A stretch of DNA of 50,886 nt. It comes from an uncultured Geobacter sp. GTDB taxonomy: Bacteria; Desulfobacterota; Desulfuromonadia; Geobacterales; Pseudopelobacteraceae. This document shows, piece after piece, positions 9,816-20,953 of the stretch; the stretch's first letter is position 1, and every line of letters starts with the position of its first letter. The DNA is taken from assembly GCA_964600635.1 (NCBI GenBank), contig CAZRKG010000005.1:1-50886 (forward strand), in the 5' to 3' direction. Made by a program: the position numbers and the translations under genes. The notes under the pieces are model-generated. The model was not told where the DNA came from, made no database searches, and worked only from the letters and a program-made list of their open reading frames with translations.

Positions 9816-11372
9816 TTAACGGATTCCATGCTTAATCAGATGGGGGGCATACTTTTTATCCTGGCCTTTGATATGTTCCATTAGCCATTTCTGTAGGAAA
9901 TCAATAATATCCTGTGATAATACGGTCTCTCCACTCTGATATTTTCCGATCAGATCAACCACCTGATCCACCAGTGTTTTGTGCATCTGCTTGTGTTTTT
10001 CAGTTTCAGTGTAGCCGGTCTTATCAAAAGCCCTTTCCTCTTCAGCAAAGTGGTTAACTGTGTAGTCGGCCAACCCTTTAAGAATATTGCTGATGGCTTC
10101 TTTGCTCCGTTTTTGCTGCATTGCATCATGCAGCTCGTTAATCATGTTGAAAAGTACTTTGTGCTGATCATCAAAGGTTCTGATGTTGGTGTTGAAGCTG
10201 TCATCCCAGACAAGAGCACTGGCCAGCCTGAAGTTGCCAACCAACTGATGCAGGTCATCAACCTGTTGGGCCAGTTTGACGGTGGCCTCTGTGGTGCCAC
10301 GGGCACTGGCAACGTTATTAGAGACAATCTCTGTTATCTGATGGATATTACTGGTGATCTCATTGGTGGTGGCGGTCTGCTCTTCTGCTGCGGTGGCTAC
10401 CTGATTAATCTGATCTGAAACTTCATCAATCATAAACAGGATTTCATCCAGGGCAGCACCAGAGCTGGTGGTGCCTGCTGTGCCACGCTTAACCTCTTCC
10501 ACCCCTTCGTACATGGAATCAACGGCAGATTTTGTTTCATGCTGGATGGTCTTGATCATGCCTGCGATTTCCTGGGTAGCCCTGGTGGTACGTTCTGCCA
10601 GGGCACGGACTTCATCGGCAACCACAGCAAATCCTCTACCCATCTCACCTGCCCGTGCCGCTTCTATGGCTGCGTTCAGGGCCAGCAGGTTGGTCTGGTC
10701 GGCAATATCCTCAATGGTGCCAACAATGGCACCAATCTGATCAGAGCGTTGCCCCAGCCCTTCTACTGTATGTGATGACTGTATGACACGGCTGGCGATA
10801 TTTTCCATAATGGAGGCACCACTGCGGACAGTGTTGGCACCGGCCTTGGTCCTTGTGGTGGCCTGACGGGAGTTTTCAGCGGCGGTAAGACAGTTGCGGG
10901 CTATATCTGCCGATGTTGCCGCCATCTCTTCACTGGCAATTGCAATAGTACCAGCCTGCATGGCAACCTCTTCTGCAGCAGCAGCCATTGCATTGGTGGT
11001 GTTCTGCACCAGGTTGACAGAATCCCTTACAAGATCAGCCACTGAGAAAAACTTACGCATGGCCTTGTTGATGTCATTCATCATTGCATTAAAAGAACTG
11101 CCAAGACGGGCGATCTCGCCGGAGCCTGCTCCATTTACACGGATTGACAGATCACCGGCAGCGGCTTTTTCCATGGCAGCTACAATGTTATCCAGGGGCT
11201 TGAACGCCTGCTTGCATAAAATCCACAATATAACTGTGGAACCTGCCATGAGTAACAACCCGATCAGAGCGGCTGTCAGCCAGTTACCGTCTTTGTTAAA
11301 CAGCGTCAAACCAATGACAGCTACCAGAACAATTAAAAGGTTGCCTGATATTATACGACCTGTAAATGACAT
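9816..11372 (-). CDS. Methyl-accepting chemotaxis protein with C-terminal hemerythrin domain
   Basis: 2 TM, HAMP, IADQTNLLALNAAIEAARAGE.GRGFAVVADEVR. C-terminal W...DDQH...HFAEEE...HKQMH...HIKGQD di-iron ligands. Confidence 0.93.
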   Translation of the reverse strand: MSFTGRIISGNLLIVLVAVIGLTLFNKDGNWLTAALIGLLLMAGSTVILWILCKQAFKPLDNIVAAMEKAAAGDLSIRVNGAGSGEIARLGSSFNAMMNDINKAMRKFFSVADLVRDSVNLVQNTTNAMAAAAEEVAMQAGTIAIASEEMAATSADIARNCLTAAENSRQATTRTKAGANTVRSGASIMENIASRVIQSSHTVEGLGQRSDQIGAIVGTIEDIADQTNLLALNAAIEAARAGEMGRGFAVVADEVRALAERTTRATQEIAGMIKTIQHETKSAVDSMYEGVEEVKRGTAGTTSSGAALDEILFMIDEVSDQINQVATAAEEQTATTNEITSNIHQITEIVSNNVASARGTTEATVKLAQQVDDLHQLVGNFRLASALVWDDSFNTNIRTFDDQHKVLFNMINELHDAMQQKRSKEAISNILKGLADYTVNHFAEEERAFDKTGYTETEKHKQMHKTLVDQVVDLIGKYQSGETVLSQDIIDFLQKWLMEHIKGQDKKYAPHLIKHGIR

Positions 11373-11390
11373 CCGCTGCCTCTCTGTGTG

Positions 11391-13451
11391 CTAGGCCAGC
11401 TTGCTGAAGTCAGCAATCCTGCCAAACATCCGGTTGATGCTGGTCAGCAGTGCCAGCCGGTTTTTACGGACAGCCTGATCTTCAGCCATCACCATGACTG
11501 CATCAAAGAAGGCATCCACCGCCCATTTAAGACCGGCAATCTCTGCCAGAGCCTGCTCGTACTGGTGGTCAGCCACCTTCTGACTGGTCTTCTTGCTGGT
11601 TTCTTGCAACACATTGTAAAGGGTATGCTCGGTCTCATCCTCAAGCAGGGCCAGCTCCACAGTTTCATCAACCCCGTCCTTAACAATGTTGCAGACCCTC
11701 TTGAAGGTTGCGGTAAGGGCCTGGAAGTCATCCCGTTTGCGGAAGTTGTCAAGTGCATGTATCCGTGTTGCACAATCAGCCAGGTCATCAAACCCTGCGG
11801 CAACACAGGCTTCCACAACATCTGACTGGCGTGTGGCTGAAAGAAGATTTGCAAAACGGCCACGGAAGAATTCCATCAGCTCTGTCTTTACCTGATCCGC
11901 AGGTCTGGTCAGCTTGTCAGCCAGCAGTGCCAGTGCATTGTCGATTAATACCGATAATGACAGCTTGTAACCTCTGTTCTGAATAATGCTGATAATGCCG
12001 ATGGTTGCACGACGCAGGGCATAGGGGTCTGCGGCACCAGTGGGGATCAGCCCCACACTGAAACAGCCGCAGATGGTGTCCAGTTTGTCGGCAATGGAAA
12101 CAAAGGCGGCAATATCGCTGCCTGGCAGCTTTCCCCCAGCCTGGGTGGGGTAGTAATGCTCGGCAATGGCGTTGGCAACTTCCTGCTGTTCACCATCATG
12201 CAGGGCATATTCACGCCCCATAATTCCCTGAACTTCCGGAAACTCACCCACCATGCCAGTGACCAGATCAGCCTTGCAGAGGAAGGCGGTACGTAAAACC
12301 TGTTCCTTGACTGACGGGTTAAGTTGGTCTGCCAACTGCCCGGCCAGGGTTTTGAACCGCTCCATTTTTTCATAGGATGTTCCCAGCTTTTGCTGGTAGA
12401 CAACTGCTTTAAGGGATTCTACCCGGCTTTCAAGGCTTACCTTGCGATCTTCATCAAAGAAGAAACGGGCATCGGATAAACGTGCCCTTAGTACCCGTTC
12501 ATTCCCCTTTACAACAACAGCCGGATCTTCCGCCACTGTGTTGGGTATGGTGATAAAGTGGGGCAGCAGTTTGCCCTCTTTATCCACAACCGAGAAATAA
12601 CGCTGGTGGGAACGCATGGAGGTGATCAGCACCTCCTTTGGTACCACCAGAAATTCTGACGGAATATCGCCAATGACGGCACTGGGGTATTCCACCAGAT
12701 AGGTTATCTCATCCAGCAGCCCGTTGTCTTCCAGCAGCTCACCGCCGGCAGCACTGGCCAGTCTGGTGGCTTCGGACAGAATAATATCTTTACGCCGGTC
12801 CTGATCCACAATTACAAAATGGCGACCACACTCACTAAGATACTGGGTATAGCTCTGCACCACAAAACTTCGGTTTGCCATAAAGCGGTGGCCGTGGGAG
12901 ATGTTACCGCTTGTGATCGGCCCGAAGCTTAATGGGATGATCTCTGACCCCAGCAAGGCGACAATCCAGTGAACAGGACGTGCAAAGCGGATCTCAAGGT
13001 CAGCCCAACGCATTGATTTTTTAAAGGGAATGGCAGCAATCATCCGTGGCAGTACCTCGGACAGGATAGAGACGGTGGAGCGTCCGGTCTCCCTTTTGGT
13101 GACTGCCAGATACTCACCTTTGTCAGTGGAAACAACCTGTAATTCATCAACAGTAACACCCTGACCTTTGGCAAAACCTTCTGCTGCCCGGGTTGGTTTG
13201 CCACCGGCATCAAAGGCGGCCTTTTTTGATGGCCCCATTGCGGTCAGTTCTGCATCGGGTTGTACCTCTGGTAAACCGGTGATATGTAGCACAAGGCGGC
13301 GGGGGGTGCCCAGGGTGTTGATCTTGTCATAGCAGAGTCTGGCAGACTCAAACTCTTTTCTGGCCATTTCTTCCAATGAAGCCAGGGCTTTGGGTACAAA
13401 TCCGGCAGGAATCTCTTCAGCACCTATTTCCAGCAGCAGATCCTGTGACAT
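11391..13451 (-). CDS. glyS: Glycine-tRNA ligase beta subunit
   Basis: LLLEIGAEEIP, TPRRL, KSMRW, FARPVHW, MVGEFPEVQG.MG, DPYALRR; overlaps the glyQ stop. Confidence 0.98.
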   Translation of the reverse strand: MSQDLLLEIGAEEIPAGFVPKALASLEEMARKEFESARLCYDKINTLGTPRRLVLHITGLPEVQPDAELTAMGPSKKAAFDAGGKPTRAAEGFAKGQGVTVDELQVVSTDKGEYLAVTKRETGRSTVSILSEVLPRMIAAIPFKKSMRWADLEIRFARPVHWIVALLGSEIIPLSFGPITSGNISHGHRFMANRSFVVQSYTQYLSECGRHFVIVDQDRRKDIILSEATRLASAAGGELLEDNGLLDEITYLVEYPSAVIGDIPSEFLVVPKEVLITSMRSHQRYFSVVDKEGKLLPHFITIPNTVAEDPAVVVKGNERVLRARLSDARFFFDEDRKVSLESRVESLKAVVYQQKLGTSYEKMERFKTLAGQLADQLNPSVKEQVLRTAFLCKADLVTGMVGEFPEVQGIMGREYALHDGEQQEVANAIAEHYYPTQAGGKLPGSDIAAFVSIADKLDTICGCFSVGLIPTGAADPYALRRATIGIISIIQNRGYKLSLSVLIDNALALLADKLTRPADQVKTELMEFFRGRFANLLSATRQSDVVEACVAAGFDDLADCATRIHALDNFRKRDDFQALTATFKRVCNIVKDGVDETVELALLEDETEHTLYNVLQETSKKTSQKVADHQYEQALAEIAGLKWAVDAFFDAVMVMAEDQAVRKNRLALLTSINRMFGRIADFSKLA

Positions 13452-14329
13452 TAGTGCTTACCCCCTTTCAGCATTGGATACCCCAGCCGTTCACGCTGAC
13501 GCACATACCCTTCGGCACAGAGTCTGGCCACATTACGGACACGACCGATGTATGAGGCCCGTTCTGTGACTGAAATAGCACCACGGGCATCCAGCAGGTT
13601 AAAGGTGTGGGAGCATTTCATTACAAAATCATAGGCAGGGAAGACCAGATCCTTTTCTGCCAGCCGGATGCACTCTTTTTCGTACTTGCCGAACAGCTCC
13701 AGCAGCAGGGAAACATCAGCTTCTTCAAAGTTGTAGGTGGAAAACTCCACCTCGGTCTGGTGGTGAATATCTCCATATTTAACACCATTGACCCATTCCA
13801 GGTCATAGACATTATCAACTCCCTGAAGGTACATGGCGATCCGCTCGCAACCATAGGTTATTTCAGAGGAAACCGGTTTCAGATCAATACCTCCGGCCTG
13901 TTGGAAGTAGGTGAACTGAGTGATTTCCATCCCATCCAGCCATACCTCCCAACCCAGCCCCCAGGCTCCCAGTGTTGGAGATTCCCAGTCATCTTCAACA
14001 AAACGGATGTCATGCTGGTTGGGATTTATGCCAAAGCTACGCAGGCTGTTAAGATAAAGGTCAAGAATGTTTGTGGGAGAGGGCTTCATAATTACCTGAA
14101 ACTGGTAGTAATGTTGCAGCCGGTTGGGGTTTTCGCCGTAGCGACCATCGGTTGGGCGACGAGAAGGCTCTACATAGGCTACATTCCAGGGTTCCGGCCC
14201 CAGTACACGCAGGAAGGTGGCAGGGTTAAAGGTGCCGGCACCCTTTTCTGTATCGTAAGGCTGCTGGATTACACAACCCTGCCCGGCCCAGTAGTTCTGA
14301 AGCGAAAGTATCAGGTCTTGAAACGTCAT
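13451..14329 (-). CDS. glyQ: Glycine-tRNA ligase alpha subunit
   Basis: [53 protein letters not shown]. Confidence 0.99.
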   Translation of the reverse strand: MTFQDLILSLQNYWAGQGCVIQQPYDTEKGAGTFNPATFLRVLGPEPWNVAYVEPSRRPTDGRYGENPNRLQHYYQFQVIMKPSPTNILDLYLNSLRSFGINPNQHDIRFVEDDWESPTLGAWGLGWEVWLDGMEITQFTYFQQAGGIDLKPVSSEITYGCERIAMYLQGVDNVYDLEWVNGVKYGDIHHQTEVEFSTYNFEEADVSLLLELFGKYEKECIRLAEKDLVFPAYDFVMKCSHTFNLLDARGAISVTERASYIGRVRNVARLCAEGYVRQRERLGYPMLKGGKH

Positions 14330-14382
14330 GGTCTTCCCTCGGTATTATATTTGAATGTCTGGCTGTTTTATATCATTTAAGT

Positions 14383-15300
14383 TTATGGCGGGCAGTTGGC
14401 ACACATGGATTTAAACAGGTTTGTGCTGAGATAGCGATCCCCACGATCTGGAATAATAACTACAATGCTGCCATGATCCAGTTTCTGGGCCAGTTGAATT
14501 GCACCGGCCATTGCTGCTCCCCCTGACATGCCACAGAAAATCCCCTCCTGGGATGCCAACTGGCGTGAAGTTTCAAAGGCGGTGTCATCATCGATCACCA
14601 TCTTCTGCCAGAGCATGGTCTCATCATAAATGGCCGGCACAATGGCTTCTTTCATGTTTTTCAGCCCTTGTATGGCATGGCCCAGGTTTGGCTCAATGCC
14701 AACTATCTTCACATGGGAGGCTTGTCTGGCAAAAAAAGCAGCGGTACCCATCAAAGTACCGCCAGTACCCATGCCAGCCACAAAATGGGTGATTTTGCCG
14801 GCAGTCTGGCTAAGGATTTCAGGGCCAGTGGTCAGTTCGTGGGCCAGGGGATTGTTGGGATTATCGTATTGGTTAGGCATGTAGTAGCGTCCAGGCTCTT
14901 CTGCCAGGATTTTGTGTGCCAGGCGGATGGCACCATCGGTTTTTTCACAGCCAGGGGAAAGTACAATTTCAGCACCATAGGCTTCCAGAATGCTGCGTCG
15001 TTCCATGCTGACACAGGCCGGCATGGTCAGTTTAATTCGATAGCCACGGGCAGCGGCCAGCATGGCCAGGGCTATTCCGGTATTGCCTGATGTTGGTTCC
15101 AGAATGATCTTGTCAGTTGTCAATTCTCCCGCTGCCTCAGCAGCAAGAATCATCTGCCTGGCTGGTCTGTCCTTGACAGAGCCGCCTGGGTTATTGCCTT
15201 CCAGCTTGGCCAGAATCTTGACGTTGGGATTAGGGTTGATTTTACTGATTGCTACCAGCGATGTGTTGCCAATGGCATCGAAAAGTGCTTGTCCGTACAT
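14383..15300 (-). CDS. cysM: Cysteine synthase B (O-acetylserine sulfhydrylase)
   Basis: PLP lysine motif KLEGNNPGGSVKDR, TSGNTG, GMGTGGT, DRGDRYLS. Confidence 0.88.
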   Translation of the reverse strand: MYGQALFDAIGNTSLVAISKINPNPNVKILAKLEGNNPGGSVKDRPARQMILAAEAAGELTTDKIILEPTSGNTGIALAMLAAARGYRIKLTMPACVSMERRSILEAYGAEIVLSPGCEKTDGAIRLAHKILAEEPGRYYMPNQYDNPNNPLAHELTTGPEILSQTAGKITHFVAGMGTGGTLMGTAAFFARQASHVKIVGIEPNLGHAIQGLKNMKEAIVPAIYDETMLWQKMVIDDDTAFETSRQLASQEGIFCGMSGGAAMAGAIQLAQKLDHGSIVVIIPDRGDRYLSTNLFKSMCANCPP

Positions 15301-15350
15301 TTGAGTAGGTTTCCTGTTCTGGTGCTTTGCAGCTATCTAAAGAGCTGATA

Positions 15351-15432
15351 TTTATATCCCGTTTCGACACGGAGGGTCAAGTTGTTCTTACGATAATATC
15401 TGTTGACAGCAGCCACATGATATGATTATTGT
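15351..15432. promoter_or_regulatory. Back-to-back sigma70-like promoters for cysM (minus) and rho (plus)
   Basis: Minus strand: TTGACC (15380-15375), 18 nt, TATAAA. Plus strand: TTGACA (15403-15408), 18 nt, TATTGT. Confidence 0.5.
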
Positions 15433-15743
15433 TCCTGACTTCCTGAGACCCAAATCCATTCCGCAAGGATATTTAATCCAGCCAGTAAAAATCTCCATGC
15501 TTAAAAAGCCAAATAACGCAAAGTAGCAAAGTGCCATTATTTATTATTTAAGTATACGAGCAGTACCAATTTGGAGGCCCTGTTCAGCAAGCAGGAGCAA
15601 TAATCTGAATATCTGAAACAGACTGATCAACCTGAAATAATTTTACTGCATTCCCACTTATGGCAGTTTTCATTAATACCAGGTCAGCCATACGGTGCTG
15701 TTCTGGCATGTTGTCCAAATCCCACCATCAGGAGTACCACAGC

Positions 15744-16991
15744 GTGAATCTTCAGGAGTTGAAGAAAAAGAAAATTAATGAATTAAACAGTATTGCCCGC
15801 AGCCTTAATATTGAAGGAGCTTCAGGACTACGTAAGCAGGACCTGATCTTTGCCATCCTTAATGCCCAGACAGAGCAGAATGGCACCATAAATGGCGAGG
15901 GTGTGCTGGAAATCCTTCAGGATGGTTTTGGTTTCCTGCGGGCACCGGATTACAACTATCTGCCAGGGCCGGATGACATCTATGTTTCCCCCAGTCAGAT
16001 CAGGCGTTTCAACCTGCTTACCGGTGATACCATTTCCGGCCAGATCAGGCAGCCTAAAGAGGGCGAGCGTTATTTTGCACTGCTGAAGGTTGAAAGGATC
16101 AATTTTGAGCCGCCTGAGTCAGCACGGGATAAGACCCTGTTTGACAACCTGACCCCACTGTATCCCGAATCAAAACTGAAGTTGGAGACAGCACCGGATA
16201 ACTACGGTATGCGGGTAATGGAGCTGGCATCTCCGGTGGGTAAAGGGCAACGTGGACTGATTGTGGCACCACCCCGTACTGGCAAGACGATGCTGATCCA
16301 GAACATTGCCAACTCCATTGCAGAAAACCATCCTGAAGTTTACCTGATTGTCCTGCTGATAGATGAACGCCCTGAAGAAGTAACAGATATGCAGCGTTCT
16401 GTTAAAGGGGAAGTGATTTCATCCACCTTTGATGAACCGGCCACCCGCCACGTACAGGTGGCTGAAATGGTAATTGAGAAGGCAAAACGGCTGGTGGAAC
16501 ATAAAAAAGATGTGGTGGTGTTGCTGGATTCAATCACCCGTCTGGCCAGAGCATATAATACTGTGCTGCCACCATCGGGCAAGATCCTGACCGGTGGCGT
16601 GGATGCCAATGCCCTGCAAAAGCCAAAACGGTTCTTCGGTGCTGCCCGTAATATAGAAGAAGGTGGTTCACTGACAATTATTGCCACTGCCCTGGTGGAT
16701 ACCGGCAGCAAGATGGATGAGGTGATCTTTGAGGAGTTCAAGGGTACCGGTAACATGGAGGTACATCTTGATCGCCGTCTGGTTGAAAAGCGTACCTTCC
16801 CTGCCATTGATATTAACAAGTCCGGTACACGCAAGGAAGAACTGTTGATAGATAAGGCCACACTGAACCGGATCTGGATCCTTCGCAAGATCCTGCACCC
16901 GATGAATGTGGTGGATTCAATGGAGTTTCTGCTGGACAAGTTATCGGAAACCAAAACCAACCAGGACTTTATTGATTCCATGAGCAAGTAG
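15744..16991 (+). CDS. rho: Transcription termination factor Rho
   Basis: [20 protein letters not shown], Walker [25 protein letters not shown] start 15744 with aggag RBS (MNLQELKKK). Confidence 0.99.
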   Translation: MNLQELKKKKINELNSIARSLNIEGASGLRKQDLIFAILNAQTEQNGTINGEGVLEILQDGFGFLRAPDYNYLPGPDDIYVSPSQIRRFNLLTGDTISGQIRQPKEGERYFALLKVERINFEPPESARDKTLFDNLTPLYPESKLKLETAPDNYGMRVMELASPVGKGQRGLIVAPPRTGKTMLIQNIANSIAENHPEVYLIVLLIDERPEEVTDMQRSVKGEVISSTFDEPATRHVQVAEMVIEKAKRLVEHKKDVVVLLDSITRLARAYNTVLPPSGKILTGGVDANALQKPKRFFGAARNIEEGGSLTIIATALVDTGSKMDEVIFEEFKGTGNMEVHLDRRLVEKRTFPAIDINKSGTRKEELLIDKATLNRIWILRKILHPMNVVDSMEFLLDKLSETKTNQDFIDSMSK

Positions 16992-17094
16992 AAAACAGTT
17001 GAGTTTTTTACATAACAGTAAGATAATAACCAACTTTTAGATTTGACAAACCAGCGGCTTTATTGACGAGCTGCAATTCATCAGGAGGCAATAA

Positions 17095-17295
17095 ATGAAA
17101 GAAGGAATCCACCCTGAATACCATGAAGTAACCATTACCTGTGCCTGTGGCAACAGCATCCAGACAAGTTCCACCAGGAAGGAAATCACAACTGAGATCT
17201 GCTCTGCCTGCCATCCATTTTTCACTGGAAAGCAGAAGCTGGTTGATACTGCCGGACGTGTTGAAAGATTCATGAAGCGTTACGGCAAGGCTTAA
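17095..17295 (+). CDS. rpmE: 50S ribosomal protein L31 (Zn-binding type)
   Basis: [29 protein letters not shown]. Confidence 0.98.
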   Translation: MKEGIHPEYHEVTITCACGNSIQTSSTRKEITTEICSACHPFFTGKQKLVDTAGRVERFMKRYGKA

Positions 17296-17315
17296 CTAAA
17301 AGCCTGTATCCACAC

Positions 17316-17354
17316 AAGGGGGATGTGTCTTTTTCAGGCACGATCCCCCTTTTT
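17316..17354 (+). terminator. Intrinsic terminator after rpmE
   Basis: aagggggat ... atccccctttttt hairpin with T tract. Confidence 0.7.
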
Positions 17355-17405
17355 GTATCATGGCCTTGCAACATTCCACGACGGTAACCATATTGTGAGG
17401 ACAGT

Positions 17406-18098
17406 ATGAAAATAGAATTACTGCACCATACCCCGGAACCGGAACGTACAGTGGCACTGGCTGCCAGGCTTTGCTACTCTCCAGCCAACCTGGAGCAGTT
17501 ACAACAGCAGGTTGAAGATGGCGACAACAGCCAGTTTGTGGATAAGATCATGTCCCTGGGGCACCACTCAGTACTGGAACATGCCTCTTTTACCTTTGGA
17601 GTAGAAGGGATCTCGCGGGTTACGTCCCACCAGCTTGTCCGGCACAGACTGGCATCCTATTCACAGCAATCCCAGCGTTACGTATCCCATGTTGACCGTT
17701 TTAATGCTGTCACACCTCCTTCGGTTATGGCGGATGAAGAGGCAAGGCGGATCTTTGATTTCACAGTAGGGGTAATACACCAGGCATACAAGCAACTGGT
17801 GGAGATGGGTATACAACCGGAGGATGCCCGCTATCTGCTGCCCAATGCCACTGAAACCAGAATCATCATCACCATGAATGCCCGTGAGCTGATGCACTTT
17901 TTCAGGCTGCGTTGCTGTATGCGTGCCCAGTGGGAGATCAGAAGCATGGCTGTAACCATGCTGATGCTGGCTAAAAAGGTGGCACCAAACATATTCCGTG
18001 ATGCTGGGCCTGGCTGTTTGACCGGCCCCTGCCCGGAAGGAAAACTGACCTGCGGACAGAAAACAGAAGTCCGCAAGCAGTTCAGGAGCCTTGCTTAA
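17406..18098 (+). CDS. thyX: FAD-dependent thymidylate synthase
   Basis: HHSVLEH, ThyX motif RHRLASYSQQSQRY, AQWEIR. Confidence 0.96.
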   Translation: MKIELLHHTPEPERTVALAARLCYSPANLEQLQQQVEDGDNSQFVDKIMSLGHHSVLEHASFTFGVEGISRVTSHQLVRHRLASYSQQSQRYVSHVDRFNAVTPPSVMADEEARRIFDFTVGVIHQAYKQLVEMGIQPEDARYLLPNATETRIIITMNARELMHFFRLRCCMRAQWEIRSMAVTMLMLAKKVAPNIFRDAGPGCLTGPCPEGKLTCGQKTEVRKQFRSLA

Positions 18099-18099
18099 A

Positions 18100-19023
18100 A
18101 TGGAAAAAATAAATATCGGAGGACAGGCAGTACTGGAAGGGGTTATGATGCGTGCCCCCAGGGCGATGGCCATAGCGGTCAGGCGGCCCAATGGTGAAAT
18201 TGTGGTCAGGCGTGAAGCCATGCCGCCACTTTCAGAACGCTACCCGATTGTGAAACTGCCACTTTTGCGAGGTACGGTGGCCCTGTTTACTTCGCTTGTA
18301 TTGGGGATAAAGGCCCTCAACTTTTCAGCCAACGAAGCGATGGAAGAGGAGCAGGATGAAGATGGCAATGTCAAAAAAGAGGAACTGACCTCATTGGCCT
18401 TGGCAGGCACAATGGCGGCAGCCTTTGGTTTTGGCATATTACTATTCTTTTTTCTGCCGCTATACCTGACCAAACTGCTGGTGCCGATCATTGGTGACCA
18501 CAACCTGATCTTTAACCTGGTGGACGGGGTAATCCGGGTGATTGTATTCCTGATCTATATCTGGTCCATTGCCAGGATGAAGGATATTCAACGTGTCTTC
18601 CAGTATCACGGTGCAGAACACAAAACCATCTATGCCTTTGAGGCTGGTGCAGAGCTGCTGCTGGAAAATGTTAAAGGTTTCAGCCGTCTGCATCCCCGTT
18701 GTGGTACCAGCTTTCTTCTGATCGTAATGCTGGTCAGTATCGGAGTTTTCTCACTGATTCCAAAGGCATGGCCCTTTGTTTACAAGGCACTGTCCCGCGT
18801 GGTGCTGTTGCCGCTGATTGCCGGTATCTCCTATGAATTCCTCAAATGGAGTGCAAAGTATGAGTGTCATCCTCTGGTACGGTTGGTAATTTCCCCTGGC
18901 CTGGCCTTGCAACGCCTGACCACCCGCGAGCCGGATGATGACCAGTTAGAGGTGGCGATCCGCTCTGTAAAGGAAGCCCTGGAAGAAAACGGCGGATATG
19001 CAGATGACCGGATTGTGGTCTGA
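18100..19023 (+). CDS. DUF1385 (YqhQ-like) membrane protein
   Basis: IGGQAVLEGVMMR, FQYHGAEHK, HPRCGTSF, TTREP; conserved position upstream of prfA. Confidence 0.9.
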   Translation: MEKINIGGQAVLEGVMMRAPRAMAIAVRRPNGEIVVRREAMPPLSERYPIVKLPLLRGTVALFTSLVLGIKALNFSANEAMEEEQDEDGNVKKEELTSLALAGTMAAAFGFGILLFFFLPLYLTKLLVPIIGDHNLIFNLVDGVIRVIVFLIYIWSIARMKDIQRVFQYHGAEHKTIYAFEAGAELLLENVKGFSRLHPRCGTSFLLIVMLVSIGVFSLIPKAWPFVYKALSRVVLLPLIAGISYEFLKWSAKYECHPLVRLVISPGLALQRLTTREPDDDQLEVAIRSVKEALEENGGYADDRIVV

Positions 19024-19035
19024 GTGGAGATGGAT

Positions 19036-20103
19036 ATGTTCAACAGAATAAAGGATTTTGAGATCAGATTTCAGGAGCTAGATGCGTTACTTTCAGACCC
19101 TGCCATAATTTCCAATCAGGCGGAATTTCGCAAACTTTCCCGTGAACACTCAGATCTGTCCCCACTGGTTGAAGCCTACCGGCGTTACAGCAAGGTGCTG
19201 ACAGAGCAGGAAGATAACAAATTGCTGCTGTCTGATCCTGAGATGAAGGAGATGGCAGAGGAGGAACTGGATCGGCTGGCTGAAGAAAAGGAAACTCTGG
19301 AAGATGATCTTAAGATTCTTCTGCTGCCCAAGGATCCCAATGACTCCCGCAACGTGATCCTTGAAGTCCGGGCTGGTACAGGTGGTGATGAGTCAGCTCT
19401 GTTCAGTGGTGATCTTTTTCGGATGTACAGCCGTTTTGCAGAGAAAAACCGCTGGAAGGTGGAGCTGCTTTCCTGCTCTGAATCAGAACGGGGCGGCTAT
19501 AAAGAGGTAATTGCTTCTATTACAGGGCAGGATGTCTATGCCAAGCTGAAATATGAATCAGGCACCCACCGCGTGCAACGTGTGCCTGAAACCGAGGCCC
19601 AGGGCAGGATCCATACTTCAGCCTGTACCGTTGCCATCATGGCAGAAGCTGAGGATCTGGAAGTGGATATAAACCCGTCAGACCTCAAGATAGATGTCTA
19701 CCGTTCTTCTGGTGCCGGTGGTCAGCATGTCAACACCACTGACTCCGCAGTGCGGATCACCCACCTGCCCACCGGTACTGTTGTGGCCTGTCAGGAAGAA
19801 CGTAGCCAGATTAAAAACCGTGCCAAGGCGATGAAACTGCTTAAAACCAGAATTCTGGATACAATCCAGCAGGAGCAGGACAGCAAGCTGGCCGCAGACC
19901 GTAAGCAGCAGGTTGGTAGTGGTGATCGCTCTGAGCGGATCCGAACCTATAACTTCCCCCAGGGCAGAATGACCGACCACCGGATCGGACTGACCCTTTA
20001 CCGTCTGGATGCCATCATGGCTGGCGAGATCGACGAAATTGCCGATGCCCTGAGAACCCATTACCAGATGGAGGCACTAAAGGCCCAAAGTGAAGCAGTC
20101 TGA
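19036..20103 (+). CDS. prfA: Peptide chain release factor 1
   Basis: [40 protein letters not shown]. Confidence 0.98.
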   Translation: MFNRIKDFEIRFQELDALLSDPAIISNQAEFRKLSREHSDLSPLVEAYRRYSKVLTEQEDNKLLLSDPEMKEMAEEELDRLAEEKETLEDDLKILLLPKDPNDSRNVILEVRAGTGGDESALFSGDLFRMYSRFAEKNRWKVELLSCSESERGGYKEVIASITGQDVYAKLKYESGTHRVQRVPETEAQGRIHTSACTVAIMAEAEDLEVDINPSDLKIDVYRSSGAGGQHVNTTDSAVRITHLPTGTVVACQEERSQIKNRAKAMKLLKTRILDTIQQEQDSKLAADRKQQVGSGDRSERIRTYNFPQGRMTDHRIGLTLYRLDAIMAGEIDEIADALRTHYQMEALKAQSEAV

Positions 20104-20953
20104 GGAAGCCTGGACACCTCTGAAGGTATTAAGCTGGACCACTACTTTTTTGCAGGAAAAAGGGGTGGAAAATGCCCGCCGTGAGGCAGAATGGATGCTA
20201 TGTGCTGCCACTGGCCTGGATCGGATCGGCCTTTACCTTAATTTTGACAAGCCGATGAATGATACTGAACTGGCCAGCTACCGCAGTATGGTTGTCCGTC
20301 GCGGCAAACGTGAGCCGCTACAGCATATCCTTGGCAGCCAGGAATTTGACGGACTGGATTTCCTGGTTACTTCGGCGGTGCTGATTCCCCGTCAGGATAC
20401 AGAAGTGCTGGTTAGTTCGGCGGCCAGACTTGCAAAGGCCGGTTGCACTCTGCTGGATATTGGTACCGGTTCCGGCTGTATAGCCATTGCACTTGCCAAA
20501 CGTCTTCCTGATGCCACCATAACCGCCACTGATATTTCCCCAGATGCCATTGCCATTGCCAGTCAGAACTCCACCCGGCACCATACAACCGTTGATTTCA
20601 GACTGGGTTCATTATTTCAACCGGTTACAGGGCGGCAGTTTGATCTGATTGTCTCCAACCCGCCCTATATTCCCAGTCAGGAAATCAGGCAGCTTCAGCC
20701 GGAAGTATCTGAATATGATCCCTTGATTGCACTGGATGGTGGCGAAGATGGGTTATCTGTCTACCGCCAGTTGATTGCATCAGCACCATTTCATCTGAAA
20801 AAAGGGGGCTGGCTGTTGCTGGAGGCAGGGGCAGGGCAGGCAGCAGAGCTGGTGAAACTGCTTGCAGAACAGCAGTTTGGTGATATTTTGACAGAGCAGG
20901 ATCATGGCGGTCATCAACGGGTGGTGGGAGGTGTCTGGTATGGAAATGATTGA
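20090..20953 (+). CDS. prmC: Release factor glutamine methyltransferase
   Basis: [36 protein letters not shown]; follows prfA. Confidence 0.96.
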   Translation: MKQSEEAWTPLKVLSWTTTFLQEKGVENARREAEWMLCAATGLDRIGLYLNFDKPMNDTELASYRSMVVRRGKREPLQHILGSQEFDGLDFLVTSAVLIPRQDTEVLVSSAARLAKAGCTLLDIGTGSGCIAIALAKRLPDATITATDISPDAIAIASQNSTRHHTTVDFRLGSLFQPVTGRQFDLIVSNPPYIPSQEIRQLQPEVSEYDPLIALDGGEDGLSVYRQLIASAPFHLKKGGWLLLEAGAGQAAELVKLLAEQQFGDILTEQDHGGHQRVVGGVWYGND

